A stretch of 64,000 nucleotides of DNA from Acidobacteria bacterium bin61. GTDB taxonomy: Bacteria > Acidobacteriota > Vicinamibacteria > Marinacidobacterales > SMYC01. The position numbers and the translations under genes were made by a program. The DNA lies in assembly GCA_963578475.1 (NCBI GenBank), contig CAUZCL010000008.1:56997-120996 (forward strand), written 5' to 3'. Shown here piece after piece: positions 36,311 to 44,005 of the stretch (its first letter is position 1; the number at the start of each line of letters is the position of its first letter). Under the pieces are notes generated by a model, which was not told where the DNA came from, did no database searches, and was given only the letters and a program-made list of their open reading frames with translations.

Positions 36311-36727
36311 ATGCGAGGAACAGATCCTCTGACAACGTCTATCGGAGAGAGAGACAAAGACGAAGGCGTCCTCATCCCGCGCCATTGCACCCTCACGGGA
36401 TTCACCGAAGCCACGAAGGGGCAACAAGGGATCCATGTCGGCTCTCTCGCGCCAGTAACGCGGCTGCGGGTCCTCACACGGAACACCGAGTACCAGATGA
36501 CCGTCGTCGAGCCCAAGGACTGGAAGGTCCTCATACGCGGCGGTCGGTTTTTCCCCACGGAACGGGTGGCGTTTGTTTACGGCTCTGGCTATGGCGGTAC
36601 GTTATTGAAAGTGGCGTGGATCGGCGTCGGGCTCTGTTGCGAGCTCTCGGCAGAAGGCCAGCGCGTGGTCACTTCACCAGTGCAAGAAGTCGAAGTTCTC
36701 TACAACGCGCTGCCTGGCCCGTTCTAG
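36311..36727 (+). CDS. Hypothetical protein (small, beta-rich)
   Basis: Open frame 36296..36727, ATG at 36311. Natural composition (TEYQMTVVEPKDWKVLIRGGRFFPTERVAFVYGSGYGGTLLKV). No family recognised. Confidence 0.45.
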   Translation: MRGTDPLTTSIGERDKDEGVLIPRHCTLTGFTEATKGQQGIHVGSLAPVTRLRVLTRNTEYQMTVVEPKDWKVLIRGGRFFPTERVAFVYGSGYGGTLLKVAWIGVGLCCELSAEGQRVVTSPVQEVEVLYNALPGPF

Positions 36728-36749
36728 ACGCGTACGCCTTGAGCCCATC

Positions 36750-37274
36750 TTGATATTGTCGAAATGGTCGCGCCCGAAGCCCAACTCCCGCAAGGTGGAC
36801 GTCGTCGTCCGATCCGCTCGCACGCAGGACGCGGCATTCATTCGTTCCATGGCCCTAAACACCTTTCTCGCCTATGGCAGTTACGACCGCTACCTCGAAG
36901 ACTGGTTCAAAAACGCCGCCGTAACGACCTCCATAGCGGAGCTCGACGGACGAGCCGCAGGATTCTCCATGATCACCGCCTATGCCGATCCGGATCGTCC
37001 GCGAGAAAACGTCGCCGATCTCGTTGCCATCGCGGTCTCGAAGCCGCACCAGTCACGCGGCATCGGGGGCCAGCTTCTCGCTCATGCCCTCTCATTTGCG
37101 GAAAGCTCGCCGAGCAAGCCCCGTGAAGTCTGGCTCGTCGTCGCCGAGGACAACGCGTGCGCGCAACGCCTTTTTCGAAGCGCTGGTTTCCGCCTCGGAG
37201 AGGGTCTCGGAATCTATCCCTCGGGGCAGCGGGCGCTGCGAATGATAAAACCCTTCTCACGGGAGTCATCATGA
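36750..37274 (+). CDS. GNAT-family N-acetyltransferase
   Basis: VADLVAIAVSKPHQSRGIGGQLL (motif A, Q/R-x-x-G-x-G/A) ... ACAQRLFRSAGFRL. The start codon is uncertain (TTG 36750 or an internal GTG). Confidence 0.75.
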   Translation: MILSKWSRPKPNSRKVDVVVRSARTQDAAFIRSMALNTFLAYGSYDRYLEDWFKNAAVTTSIAELDGRAAGFSMITAYADPDRPRENVADLVAIAVSKPHQSRGIGGQLLAHALSFAESSPSKPREVWLVVAEDNACAQRLFRSAGFRLGEGLGIYPSGQRALRMIKPFSRESS

Positions 37275-38491
37275 AACTGGATCGCAGAGAGTTTTTAAGC
37301 ACGGCCGCGGCTACTGTCGCGGCCGCGAATAGCGCGAGCAGCTTTGAATCGTCGGCAAGCGCCGCTCTTGATTTCGGCCTGCGCGCGGATTTTCCGGCGG
37401 CCGCGAAATCGAACTACCTCAACACACCCTATATCGGCCCGCCTCCGCGCGCGGTCGAACAGGCGGGTATTGCCTTTGTGCGCTCGAAGTCCGAAGACCC
37501 CATCCTGCTCGGAGCGATGCTCGAGAAAGCGAACGAGGTGCGCCGGAGCTTCTCGTCTCTTTTCGGGGCCAAGCCCGAGGAGGTCTCGTTTCTCTTCGCG
37601 ACGAGCGAAGGCGAGAACATCGTTGCGGAAGCGCTCGACTTGAAGCCGGGGGACAACGTCGTCATCGACGATCTGCACTACGAGACGACCTACGTTTTGT
37701 ACAAGACGCTGGAGAAGACCAAAGGTATAGAGGTGCGTGTCGTGAATGCCGTCGACGGACGGGCTGACCCGGCACATTTCGAGCCCTATGTTGATGACAA
37801 GACCCGCGTGGTCTCCGTTTCCTGGGTGTCGCATCAAAATGGCTTCCGCCACAATCTCCGGGGGCTCTCTGATCTCGCTCACGCACATGGCGCGTATCTC
37901 TATGCGGACGCGGTCCAAGCGCTCGGCATGTTCGAAACGAACTTCCACGACGAAGGCGTAGACTTCTTGACTTCCGGCACCTACAAGTGGCTTTTCGCGA
38001 GCTATGGCGTCGCACCTTTCTATATTCGCGAAGAGCATCTCGATTGGGTCGTTCCCGACCGTTTGGGCTCGCTGTCGATTCGCGACACTCTGCCAAACTA
38101 CGAGTTCCGTCTCTACGAAACCGCGCGCAAATACGAATATGCAACGCTCGCGTTCGGTCCGCTCTATCAGCTCGGCGCCTCACTCGACTATCTCGCGAAG
38201 GTCGGATTGGGAAAGATCGAGGCCCACACGGTGGACCTCGCGCACGATTTGCAAAAGGGACTCCTCGATCAGGGACTTCTCGTGCGTACGCCCCAAGGGA
38301 ACAGGTCGAGCATTGTGTCCTTCGAGCACGGGAGAGACCCGAAAGCTGTAGAGTCGCTGTTCGAAAAAGAGAACATCAAAGTGAGCTTTCGTGAGAACGG
38401 TCGGATGATCCGCGCCGGGGCAGCGCTCTTCAATAGCAAGTCCGACATCGACCACCTACTCGATACCGTCAAGAAAATCGCCTCTCTATGA
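37271..38491 (+). CDS. Class-V aminotransferase-fold PLP enzyme with twin-arginine signal
   Basis: ATG 37271 overlaps the GNAT stop (ATGA). MKLDRREFLSTAAATVAAA. Motifs: SWVSHQNGFRH, DAVQALG, SGTYKWL (PLP Lys). Confidence 0.8.
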   Translation: MKLDRREFLSTAAATVAAANSASSFESSASAALDFGLRADFPAAAKSNYLNTPYIGPPPRAVEQAGIAFVRSKSEDPILLGAMLEKANEVRRSFSSLFGAKPEEVSFLFATSEGENIVAEALDLKPGDNVVIDDLHYETTYVLYKTLEKTKGIEVRVVNAVDGRADPAHFEPYVDDKTRVVSVSWVSHQNGFRHNLRGLSDLAHAHGAYLYADAVQALGMFETNFHDEGVDFLTSGTYKWLFASYGVAPFYIREEHLDWVVPDRLGSLSIRDTLPNYEFRLYETARKYEYATLAFGPLYQLGASLDYLAKVGLGKIEAHTVDLAHDLQKGLLDQGLLVRTPQGNRSSIVSFEHGRDPKAVESLFEKENIKVSFRENGRMIRAGAALFNSKSDIDHLLDTVKKIASL

Positions 38492-39597
38492 AACGCTACG
38501 CCGCCTACGATCCTCCGGAATATCAGAACTGGCGTCCCGATCCCGCCGTCATGGAAGAGTTCCGGACGCGCGTGATGCAGGACCCGACCCGCCGGAGTGT
38601 CGTATCCGCACTGACGCCGCCGCAACACCTCCGGCTCTACAAGGGTCTCGTACGTAATCGACTCCACGACATCGCGCTCAAGCGATGGGTCCGTCAGGGT
38701 GTCATCTCGAAAGCCTGGCTCGGAACGGGGGAAGAGGCCACGACTATCGGTGCGGTCCATGCACTCCAAAAAGGCGACATGGTCGGTCCGATGATCCGAA
38801 ACGCCGGTGCGTGTCATGAAATGGGCATGTCGATTGCGGACATGCTGCGCGCATATCTGGGCACGGAAGACTCGCCCTCGCGAGGCCGTGATATTCACTT
38901 CGGTGACTTGGTGAACGGTGTCGTCGCGCCCATCAGCATGGTCGGCGCGCTCGTTCCGGTTTGCGCTGGCCTAGCTCTGTCGTTCAAGCTTCAGAAAAAA
39001 GAGAATATCGCGCTCACATGGGTGGGTGACGGCACCACCTGCACTACTGCATTTCACGAAGGGATGATGTGCGCGAAATCATTGTCGCTGCCCCTCGTCG
39101 TCTTCGTGCAGGACAATCAGATAGCCCTCGGAACGCCGCGCGAGAGCCATAGCGCGGCGCCCATGGGACGGGTGGCAACAATTTATGCGGCGACGAAATA
39201 CATTTGCAACGGCAACAACGTTCTCGACGTCTATGCGACGACCGCGCTCGCGGCGGAGCTCGCTCGTCTCGGCGAGGGTCCGATCGTAGTGACCGCCAAA
39301 ACCTTCCGCATGGGCGGCCACGCCACCCATGACGAGGGAGAGTCCCGGAAGATTCTCCGTGAAGAGGCTTTCGCTTACTGGGGCAAGCGGGACCCGATCG
39401 GCATGTATGAGACATTTCTTGCCGAGTCCGATCTCGAGCTCGCGACCGATCTCTCGAACCGCGAAGTCCTCGAGCAGGCGGAGCAAGAGGTTCACGAGGA
39501 GGTCGAGGAAGCGGCGCGGCAAGCTCTCGAAAGCTCGAAGCACTCGATCCCGAATCCCGCCGAGCAACAGCTCGGTGTTTTTGCTGGAGTTTCATGA
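38488..39597 (+). CDS. Thiamine-diphosphate-dependent 2-oxoacid dehydrogenase E1 alpha subunit (no E1 beta adjacent)
   Basis: ATGA overlap with the upstream gene. Motifs: GTGEEATTIGA, GRDIHFG, WVGDGTTCTTAFHEGMMCAKSLSLPLVVFVQDNQIALGTP (GDG...N TPP motif), RMGGHATHD. Confidence 0.8.
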   Translation: MKRYAAYDPPEYQNWRPDPAVMEEFRTRVMQDPTRRSVVSALTPPQHLRLYKGLVRNRLHDIALKRWVRQGVISKAWLGTGEEATTIGAVHALQKGDMVGPMIRNAGACHEMGMSIADMLRAYLGTEDSPSRGRDIHFGDLVNGVVAPISMVGALVPVCAGLALSFKLQKKENIALTWVGDGTTCTTAFHEGMMCAKSLSLPLVVFVQDNQIALGTPRESHSAAPMGRVATIYAATKYICNGNNVLDVYATTALAAELARLGEGPIVVTAKTFRMGGHATHDEGESRKILREEAFAYWGKRDPIGMYETFLAESDLELATDLSNREVLEQAEQEVHEEVEEAARQALESSKHSIPNPAEQQLGVFAGVS

Positions 39598-40457
39598 CCG
39601 AACAACCCACCAATGTGATCGACGTCACCGACGAGACTTTCGAATCGGACGTGCTGGAGCAATCGCACCATCTTCCCATCGTCGTCGATTTCTGGGCGGA
39701 GTGGTGTGGGCCCTGCCGCGTGCTCGGCCCGACACTCGAGAAGCTCGCTTACGAGGGAAAAGGGAAGTTCTTGCTCGCTAAAGTCGACACCGACAGCGCT
39801 CAGCGGGTGGCGCAGAGTTTCGGTATCCAGAGCATTCCAACGGTGATCGCTTTTCGCGACGGCAAACTTGCAGCCAAGTTCTCGGGCGCTCTTCCCGAAG
39901 ACGCCGTACGCGAGTTTCTCGAGCGCTTGTTGCCGTCACCCACAGACGAAATCGTGGCGGAAGCGGACAAGCTTCGTGCGTCAGCGCCCGAGCAGGCGGA
40001 GCTGCTCTATCTGCGCGCACTCGAAATAGACGACGGTCATGTCGGTGCCCGCATTGGCCTCGCAGAGATACTGGCCGGGCGCGGCGAGCGTGACGAGGCG
40101 CAGGCGATTGTGGGAAACCTCCTGCCAGCAGCCGATGGGGAGGTGGAGCGGATCGCTCAATTGCAGTCGGAACTAGCGCTCGGAGGCGTCATATCGGAGT
40201 CGAGCGAAGAGGAGCTTCGCGAACGGCTCGCGGCAAATCCACGGGACACGAGTGTTTTGATGGAGCTCGGCCAAGTGCTCGCGGCGAACCGCCGCTATCC
40301 GGAGGCACTCGATTCATTCCTTCAAGCGGCCGAGGGCGACCGCGCGCTCGCGAACGGTGAGGCCAAGAAGCGGATGGTCGAAGTTTTTCATGTCGTCGGT
40401 GTCCGAAGCGCACTGGCCGACGACTATCGCAAAAAGCTCAGACGCCTGCTTTATTAA
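39594..40457 (+). CDS. Thioredoxin-domain + TPR-like co-chaperone (YbbN/CnoX family)
   Basis: ATGA overlap with the E1 alpha gene. VVDFWAEWCGPCRVLGP, IQSIPTVIAF, and a helical-repeat C-terminal half. Confidence 0.8.
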   Translation: MTEQPTNVIDVTDETFESDVLEQSHHLPIVVDFWAEWCGPCRVLGPTLEKLAYEGKGKFLLAKVDTDSAQRVAQSFGIQSIPTVIAFRDGKLAAKFSGALPEDAVREFLERLLPSPTDEIVAEADKLRASAPEQAELLYLRALEIDDGHVGARIGLAEILAGRGERDEAQAIVGNLLPAADGEVERIAQLQSELALGGVISESSEEELRERLAANPRDTSVLMELGQVLAANRRYPEALDSFLQAAEGDRALANGEAKKRMVEVFHVVGVRSALADDYRKKLRRLLY

Positions 40458-40469
40458 GAAACCCTGCGG

Positions 40470-40964
40470 CTATAGCGCGCCGGTCCTGTCACTGCGCGGC
40501 AACGTGGCGCTCTCGTTTGCAATACCTCTTGCACTCCAGGCGACCGTGCGTTTCTTCAGCCTCGTGTCAATTTTCTTCTGCTGTTTCAGTACCTGAACCT
40601 GCGTGTCGGCCGAGAGGAACCGATGCGCAGTGTGAATGCCCTCGACCGTGACGGAGAGCTCGGCGGTGAAGGGCTCGTCGTCATCGAAATAGTTGCCTTC
40701 GACACGCACACGCACTTGCTCGGGCAAGAGGACCTTCCGTTCGGCGTAGTAGGTGAACTGGAACAAACGCTCCGCGGGCATCAGGGAGATCGGGCGGTCG
40801 TTCTCGTAGAGGATCCCGTCCGCGAGGTGCTCGCAGAGCTCGAAGTCGATCGGCATGTAGATACTTCGGTTGAGCAGTTTCCTCGATTTAGCCGCCAAAG
40901 GTGTGTTTACGACGGAGGCGAGCAGGAAGACCATCAAGTAGCTCTTTGTTCTGTTTGTTCTCAC
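40470..40964 (-). CDS. Hypothetical secreted protein
   Basis: Signal-like MRTNRTKSYLMVFLLASVVNTPLAA. Natural composition, in an AT-richer segment. No family recognised. Confidence 0.45.
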   Translation of the reverse strand: MRTNRTKSYLMVFLLASVVNTPLAAKSRKLLNRSIYMPIDFELCEHLADGILYENDRPISLMPAERLFQFTYYAERKVLLPEQVRVRVEGNYFDDDEPFTAELSVTVEGIHTAHRFLSADTQVQVLKQQKKIDTRLKKRTVAWSARGIANESATLPRSDRTGAL

Positions 40965-41106
40965 GGCGACTCTCCTTGGTTGCTATACTCCTGCCGCAAA
41001 GAACGTGCCAGAGGCAGGACATCGCTAACCAACAGATACAGCTAACCTTCCGCCCTTTCGGCTCTGTATCCCATCCCATCACAGCTAGCGCGTTGTAGCG
41101 CTTGGC

Positions 41107-41135
41107 TTGACGGTCGTTCGCGTTTCGGTCACAAT
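41107..41135 (+). promoter_or_regulatory. Candidate sigma-70-type promoter of the Phe leader / pheA-DAHPS unit
   Basis: TTGACG (41107-41112), 17-nt spacer, CACAAT (41130-41135). The leader ORF starts 16 nt downstream. Confidence 0.4.
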
Positions 41136-41150
41136 GCGCGTGTTGGAGTG

Positions 41151-41219
41151 ATGCAAGTGGCCGCCAAAACGATTCGACCTACCTTCTGCGGCACCTTCTT
41201 CTTCTTTTTTGGCGCCTAG
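41151..41219 (+). CDS. pheL-like leader peptide (22 aa) with five consecutive Phe codons
   Basis: ATG CAA GTG GCC GCC AAA ACG ATT CGA CCT ACC TTC TGC GGC ACC TTC TTC TTC TTT TTT GGC GCC TAG encodes [26 protein letters not shown] lies at 41145-41148. The ORF ends 80 nt before the chorismate mutase / prephenate dehydratase fusion gene. Confidence 0.6.
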   Translation: MQVAAKTIRPTFCGTFFFFFGA

Positions 41220-41299
41220 CGCGCCGACGATTACACCACCCACGCCCCCCCTTTTTCGCCGACAGATCCGTATGGCTCCTATCCTCGAGAGGACAAGAA

Positions 41300-43366
41300 A
41301 TGACTAGAGACAAACGCGACATCCAGCCGGTCCGAGACGCCATCGACAAGATCGATCGAGAGTTGCTCCGATTGCTCGCTGAGCGTCGCAAACGCAGTAT
41401 CGAAGCGGCGAAGGTCAAAGAAGTCGAGGCCGATTGGTTCCGGGACAAGACGCGGGAGGAAGAGCTCATCGCCGACCGTGTCGAGGTGGGTGCGAGTCAC
41501 GGGCTCGACTCCCACTACGTGACGAGCGTCTTTCATGACGTTCTAGAAGACTCGACCCGTATCCAAGAAGAGTATTACCAGGACCGTGCCAATGAAGGGC
41601 CCGGGTCACTGCGTGTCGCGTTCCAAGGTATCGAAGGTGCGTATAGCCATCTCGCAGCACAAGAATATTTCTCGCGGAAGGGCGCCGCCGCGTCTTATCT
41701 CGGTTACGCTCAGTTCAAAGACGTGGTCGATACCGTCGAGAAGGGCCACGCGGATATTGCAATCCTGCCGATCGAGAACACCACGTCGGGCGGCATCACC
41801 GACGTTTACGATCTTTTGCTCCACGCGCAGCTATCGATCGTGGGAGAAGTGAAGCTCAAGGTGGAACACTGCCTTCTGGCGCTTCCCGACGCAAAACTTT
41901 CTGATATCCACACCATTTATTGTCATCCCCAAACCGTGCTGCAGTGCAGCGATTTTCTCACGCGGATGCCCCAGTGCAAGATCGAGTACTTCAGCGACAC
42001 GGCGCTCTCGGGGAAGAAGATCCACGAGGACGGTCTCGTTTCCCAGGCGGCAATCGCCAGTGAAGAGGCGGCGCGGATCTTCGGGCTCAGTGTCATCGAG
42101 CGCAGCATCGCGAATCAACGTGAGAACTACACGCGCTTTCTCGTGAGCGCACGCAAAGCCGTCCACGTGGATCCTCGAATCCCGTGCAAGACATCGATCA
42201 TGATGATGACGGGGAATGAGCCGGGCTCGCTCCTAGACGCGCTTTCAGTGTTCCGGGAGCATGGCATCAACCTCACCAAGCTCGAGTCTCGGCCGATCCT
42301 CGAGAACCCATGGGAGGAGATGTTCTATCTCGACTTTCAAGGCAATCTGGCCGACGAGAAGATTCAGAATGGACTCGACGAAGTTACGAGACGCGCTCGT
42401 TTCATCAAGGTGCTCGGTTGCTATCCGTCGAAGGACTTACCCGCGCCCGCCAATCAAGCGCTGCTTTCCGGCCAAAACGATGTGAGCGAGGAAACCGTCG
42501 TCGCGCCGATAGCGGCACCGCCGCCGGACGTGCGGAAGGCGAGTGGCTACCGACTGGCGAGCCGCGAGTACAAAGCCGACGACACCGTCATCGAAGTCAA
42601 AGGCATCAGGCTAGGGGGCGACAGCTTGGTAATGATCGCGGGTCCCTGCGCGGTCGAAACGCGCGAGCAGATCATGACTTGTGCGCGCGAGGTCAAAGAA
42701 CAGGGAGGACACATTTTGCGGGGCGGATGTTTCAAACCGCGGACCTCTCCTTACAGCTTTCAGGGTCTCGGCTACGAGGGGCTCGAGATGCTCGTCGAGG
42801 CGGGACAGAAATACGGGCTGCCGGTCGTCACGGAAGTTTTGTCACCGGACGATGTTGCCCGAGTCGCAGAGACGGCGGACATCCTCCAGATTGGCGCTCG
42901 AAACATGCAAAACTTCACGCTGCTATCGGAAGTCGGTAGAGTGCGGCGCCCTGTTATGTTGAAGCGCGGCATGAGCAGCTCGCTCGATGAGCTCCTACAA
43001 GCCGCGGAATACATTCTCGCGGGAGGCAACCAGCAAGTGTTTCTGTGCGAGCGCGGCATCCGCACGTTCGAGACCGCTACGCGGAACACCCTCGACTTGA
43101 GCGCCGTCCCAGTCCTTCGGAGCCGCACTCATTTGCCGATCATCGTCGACCCGTCTCATGCTGCCGGCAAGCGCGAGCTCGTCGTTCCCCTTGCGCTCGC
43201 GAGCAAGACCGTCGGCGCGCACGGCGTCATGGTCGAGATCCACCCGGAGCCCGAGAAAGCGCTGAGCGACGGTCCCCAAGCGCTACTCTTTCCTCAGTTC
43301 AGCGACCTGATGGACCGCCTCTACAATGGCCGGCATAAGACACCGCAGGGATCGCCACGCCAATAA
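41300..43366 (+). CDS. pheA: Fusion protein: chorismate mutase + prephenate dehydratase + ACT domain + type I-beta DAHP (DAH7P) synthase
   Basis: One uninterrupted 688-aa ORF. CM: [23 protein letters not shown]: [13 protein letters not shown]...IENTTSGGI...NYTRFLV. ACT: [35 protein letters not shown]. Linker, then DAHPS: [13 protein letters not shown]...[19 protein letters not shown]...IGARNMQNF...[13 protein letters not shown]...[17 protein letters not shown]. Confidence 0.9.
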   Translation: MTRDKRDIQPVRDAIDKIDRELLRLLAERRKRSIEAAKVKEVEADWFRDKTREEELIADRVEVGASHGLDSHYVTSVFHDVLEDSTRIQEEYYQDRANEGPGSLRVAFQGIEGAYSHLAAQEYFSRKGAAASYLGYAQFKDVVDTVEKGHADIAILPIENTTSGGITDVYDLLLHAQLSIVGEVKLKVEHCLLALPDAKLSDIHTIYCHPQTVLQCSDFLTRMPQCKIEYFSDTALSGKKIHEDGLVSQAAIASEEAARIFGLSVIERSIANQRENYTRFLVSARKAVHVDPRIPCKTSIMMMTGNEPGSLLDALSVFREHGINLTKLESRPILENPWEEMFYLDFQGNLADEKIQNGLDEVTRRARFIKVLGCYPSKDLPAPANQALLSGQNDVSEETVVAPIAAPPPDVRKASGYRLASREYKADDTVIEVKGIRLGGDSLVMIAGPCAVETREQIMTCAREVKEQGGHILRGGCFKPRTSPYSFQGLGYEGLEMLVEAGQKYGLPVVTEVLSPDDVARVAETADILQIGARNMQNFTLLSEVGRVRRPVMLKRGMSSSLDELLQAAEYILAGGNQQVFLCERGIRTFETATRNTLDLSAVPVLRSRTHLPIIVDPSHAAGKRELVVPLALASKTVGAHGVMVEIHPEPEKALSDGPQALLFPQFSDLMDRLYNGRHKTPQGSPRQ

Positions 43367-43384
43367 GAAACGGATGGCTCGACG

Positions 43385-43798
43385 CTAAGTCTTGCGGCTC
43401 AACCCGGCAGGGAAGTGGTTCAATTGCAGCTTCGCCGCCGCTTTGTCGGTCATGTCCACGATCGCCGCCGCGTTGACCCCGACTGCGATCACGATGCACT
43501 CGCTGATCTCCTCCTTGGTCGCGCCTTCCTTGAGCGCCTTCTTGATATGCCCCTCGATGCAACCATCGCATTTCGCGACCAACGAGCATCCCAACGCGAT
43601 GAGCTCCTGGCTCTTTGCATCCAAGACCTTCTTGTCAGTGTAGTAGGTCTCTTTGTAGAACTGCGCGTAGATGTTCTTCAAGCGCGGCTCGATCATCGAG
43701 TAAGAGGCCGGGCCCTTCTTTTCGCCAGGGTCGTAGTCAATCCCCGGAATGCTGTCCTTCTTGTTAGCGACCTCCGAATCGTTCGCCATCTGATTCAA
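43385..43798 (-). CDS. Carboxymuconolactone decarboxylase / AhpD-like family protein
   Basis: ELIALGCSLVAKCDGCIEGHIKKALKEGATKEEISECI (CxxC core of the CMD/AhpD fold). Confidence 0.75.
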   Translation of the reverse strand: MNQMANDSEVANKKDSIPGIDYDPGEKKGPASYSMIEPRLKNIYAQFYKETYYTDKKVLDAKSQELIALGCSLVAKCDGCIEGHIKKALKEGATKEEISECIVIAVGVNAAAIVDMTDKAAAKLQLNHFPAGLSRKT

Positions 43799-44005
43799 CC
43801 TCCTCTTACAGAAAACCCAAGCTCCCAGGGCGTCGTCATGATACCACGCGGGAAGATTGCACTAATGCATACGACGAAAGCGACGCAAAGTTCCTGAATG
43901 CAGCAGTTGCGCCGAACCTCGCCGGACGAAAAGATTGACAGGAATGCCAATTCTATTCGACATCTTGACGTTTATTGGACTGTTCGAGACCGAGCCGCAC
44001 CACCG

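Noticed and set aside
41179-41536. Minus-strand ORFs (96 aa and 85 aa) overlapping the Phe leader and the pheA start
   Set aside because: They are Arg/Ser-rich shadow frames. The plus strand carries the promoter, leader ORF and a strongly supported CDS.
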